A stretch of DNA of 53,995 nucleotides, filler included, from Jimgerdemannia flammicorona (taxonomy: Eukaryota): the NCBI GenBank assembly GCA_003990765.1. It is 3 parts of 3 records of this genome, joined end to end, with 100 filler letters (N's around TTAATTAATTAA, not from the genome) between each part and the next. Parts side by side here need not be neighbours in the genome. Positions count along the whole stretch, not along the records: positions 36,069 to 53,995 come from RBNJ01002361.1; 2 more parts are not named here. One strand, given 5' to 3'. Position 1 is the first letter of the stretch, and the number at the start of each line of letters is the position of its first letter. The notes beneath the pieces were generated by a model that had not been told where the DNA came from, did not search any database, and saw only the letters and a program-made list of their open reading frames with translations. A program made the position numbers and the translations under genes. Positions 51,813 to 53,995 of the stretch are shown here, in pieces.

Positions 51813-53995
51813 ATGAACAGTACAACTAGAATCTTTTCTTTGAACGTCAATGGGCTAAGGGGGGCAAAATGGCGTAGAAACATTTTTAGCTGGTTGAAGG
51901 GTCTGGAGGCAGATCTCTTCCTATTGCAGGATGTGCGGTATGAGCCGGATGTGGACCTACTGGACTGGACTCGGGAATGGGGAGGGGCAGCTATATGGAC
52001 AGGGCAGGTGGGCATCCTGGTTAGAAAAGGGATGGGGGACATTGGGGACGATGGACATTGGGGGAGCAGGCTGGTATGGGGAGTGTGGAGGAGGCCTGGT
52101 TGGAGTGCTTTGACTGTTGGGTCGTGCTATTGCCCAGCTGAGAGAGGGGAGCGCATAGGCTGGATCAAGGACTTGTGCGAGGCAGGGGTCTTGGGAGAAG
52201 CTGGGATTGACTATCTGGGGGGTGACTTCAATATGGTGCGTGATAATGTGGTGGATAGGACTGATGGGGGGAGAGGACTGCGAGGTAGAAGCGGAGGGCT
52301 GGAGAATTGGATGGAGGTGGAGAGGCTGAGTTCATTGGTGGACTCAGGGCGACAGTTCTGGGGGGATCGCCGAATTTATACTCATTGGGTGGCAGGGCTT
52401 GGATCCAGGATCGACTGGGTGTTAACGGCGGAGTGCTGGGGAGTGGATGTTTGGGCTACACTGGAGGTGGTTTGGTGTCCGTGGTCCGATCACTGGGGGC
52501 TGTTAGGGTGTGGGAGATTTGGGGGAAGTAGGGATGGGCCAGGGCATTGGCGGCTCAACTCGTCTCTATTGGAGGTTAGTGCGCTATGGACTGATTGGGA
52601 GGTGGAGGCTACCGAGAAGATTGTTAGATGGCGGGAGCAAGGATTGGTCATTGGAGATCGATGGAGGAGACTGAAGTCGAGTGCTCAGCGGTTCTGGGGG
52701 GAAGCAGGGAAAGGGAAGAGTGCACAAAGATGGAAGCGAGTACAATGGGCTTCACATAGATTGGGGACACTTTTGGAGAAATGGGCAGGGTGGGTAGAAG
52801 GTGAAGGAGTAGTGGAGTGGCGAATTCAGCGGATAAGAAAGGAAGTAGAGGAGCTGAAGGAGGTGCTACGGAGGGAGGAAGACAATAGAATAGAGGGAAT
52901 GATGGCGAGACTGAGGTGGCAGGGACTGGAGGATGGGGAGCGTCCTACAAAGTTTCTCTCAAGGCTGCTCCAAGCACGGAGGACTAGGCAGCGGTGGGAT
53001 AGTGTCTTGGATGAGGATGGGGAAATGGTGGGGGGTACACCAGAAATATTGGGTTTGTTGCGTAATCGCTGGGGGAGTTTGTGGAGCGAGGAGGATGGAG
53101 GGGAGGATGCACTGAACATTGAAAGGCAGTTGGAGGACTGGCATCCGGACCCGGCCCTAGGACTGGGGATACTGGGAGAACCGATAAGAGGAGAGGAGGT
53201 GTGTAAAGTTCTGGCCGCAACAAGTAGAAGGACTGCTCCGGGAGAGGATGGACTTCCCTGGGACTTTTGGAAGAGGATGGTCAAGGTGGAAGGGGTATTG
53301 GAGGAGATGACTGCGATGTGTGATGAAGTTATTCGATCTGGTGTCTGGATTGGGGGTCAGCGCCTAGGACTGGTCTCCCTGCTCTTTAAGGATAAGGGGA
53401 GGAGGGAGGATTGGAAGAATTGGCGACCGATCATGCTCCTGGACATGGACCGCAAGTTGGTGACGAAGATCTTGGTGGATAGACTACAGGGTATCGCTCA
53501 GCAGGTTCCGGGGGTGGAGCAGCGAGGATTTGTTGGGGGTCGGTTGATCCGAGATGGAACTGCATGGGTCCATGGGGTGATCGAAGGTGCTCGGGCGGCT
53601 GGGGTTGATGGCTGGTTGGTGTTTTTGGACCAGGAGAAGGCATATGACAGAGTAAGGAGGGTCTGGCTAGAAGGTGTATTGAGGCGTATAGGCATCCCGA
53701 GGGAGTTTCGGAGGTCATTAATCAGCCTATTGGAGAACAGTCAAGCAGCTTTGGTGGTGAATGGACACAGGGGACTGGAGTTCCCACTAGGGCGTGGAGT
53801 GCCACAAGGTGATCCTTTGTCACCTATTCTATATGCCCTATCCTTGGAGCCCCTTCTGGACAGGATCCGGCGCCGTATAGGGGGTTTGGACATTTTGGAG
53901 ATTAACTGGAAGGTTGGAGCCTTCGCGGATGACATGGTGGTTGGTCTGGGTTCATTTGCTGATGTGGAGGAACTGCGTAGAACTGTGGAGTGGTA
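51813..53995 (+). CDS. LINE ORF2 (APE endonuclease + RT), apparently open to the window end; missing from the ORF track
   Basis: MNSTTRIFSLNVNGLRG, GGDFN, SRIDW, SDH, PGEDGLP, NWRPI, DQEKAYD, GVPQGDPLS, FADD (about 53922). Confidence 0.93.
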   Translation, partial: MNSTTRIFSLNVNGLRGAKWRRNIFSWLKGLEADLFLLQDVRYEPDVDLLDWTREWGGAAIWTGQVGILVRKGMGDIGDDGHWGSRLVWGVWRRPGWSALTVGSCYCPAERGERIGWIKDLCEAGVLGEAGIDYLGGDFNMVRDNVVDRTDGGRGLRGRSGGLENWMEVERLSSLVDSGRQFWGDRRIYTHWVAGLGSRIDWVLTAECWGVDVWATLEVVWCPWSDHWGLLGCGRFGGSRDGPGHWRLNSSLLEVSALWTDWEVEATEKIVRWREQGLVIGDRWRRLKSSAQRFWGEAGKGKSAQRWKRVQWASHRLGTLLEKWAGWVEGEGVVEWRIQRIRKEVEELKEVLRREEDNRIEGMMARLRWQGLEDGERPTKFLSRLLQARRTRQRWDSVLDEDGEMVGGTPEILGLLRNRWGSLWSEEDGGEDALNIERQLEDWHPDPALGLGILGEPIRGEEVCKVLAATSRRTAPGEDGLPWDFWKRMVKVEGVLEEMTAMCDEVIRSGVWIGGQRLGLVSLLFKDKGRREDWKNWRPIMLLDMDRKLVTKILVDRLQGIAQQVPGVEQRGFVGGRLIRDGTAWVHGVIEGARAAGVDGWLVFLDQEKAYDRVRRVWLEGVLRRIGIPREFRRSLISLLENSQAALVVNGHRGLEFPLGRGVPQGDPLSPILYALSLEPLLDRIRRRIGGLDILEINWKVGAFADDMVVGLGSFADVEELRRTVEW

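Larger units (their letters stand above)
49778..53995 (+). mobile_element. Young L1/Tx1-type LINE, runs off the window
   Basis: CpG-retaining relative of 30195-35968, inserted into a family A LTR. Confidence 0.95.

Overview
Eukaryotic, gene-free retrotransposon cluster, probably from an early-diverging fungus (inference from element types and mutation spectrum). It is three contigs joined by artificial 100-bp spacers (17938-18037, 35969-36068). Contents: nested, mostly decayed Ty3/gypsy LTR elements (family A, 3 partial copies; family B, one complete copy at 40707-47421 plus 3 partial; one chromovirus; fragments), G-rich L1/Tx1-type LINEs (one near-intact), two foldback/MITE elements and a 1.2-kb poly(A) retroposon. 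Main signal: in families A and B pol is split. Gag-PR-dUTPase-RT-RNase H ends at a stop that overlaps the start of a stand-alone integrase ORF (same geometry in all 5 copies covering the junction; the ATG has decayed to ATA in one). Integrase is followed by a conserved small ORF3 of unknown function, found in three divergent families. Three gypsy families carry a dUTPase, in two different positions. Decay is dominated by C-to-T/G-to-A transitions. All translations and alignments were done by eye.
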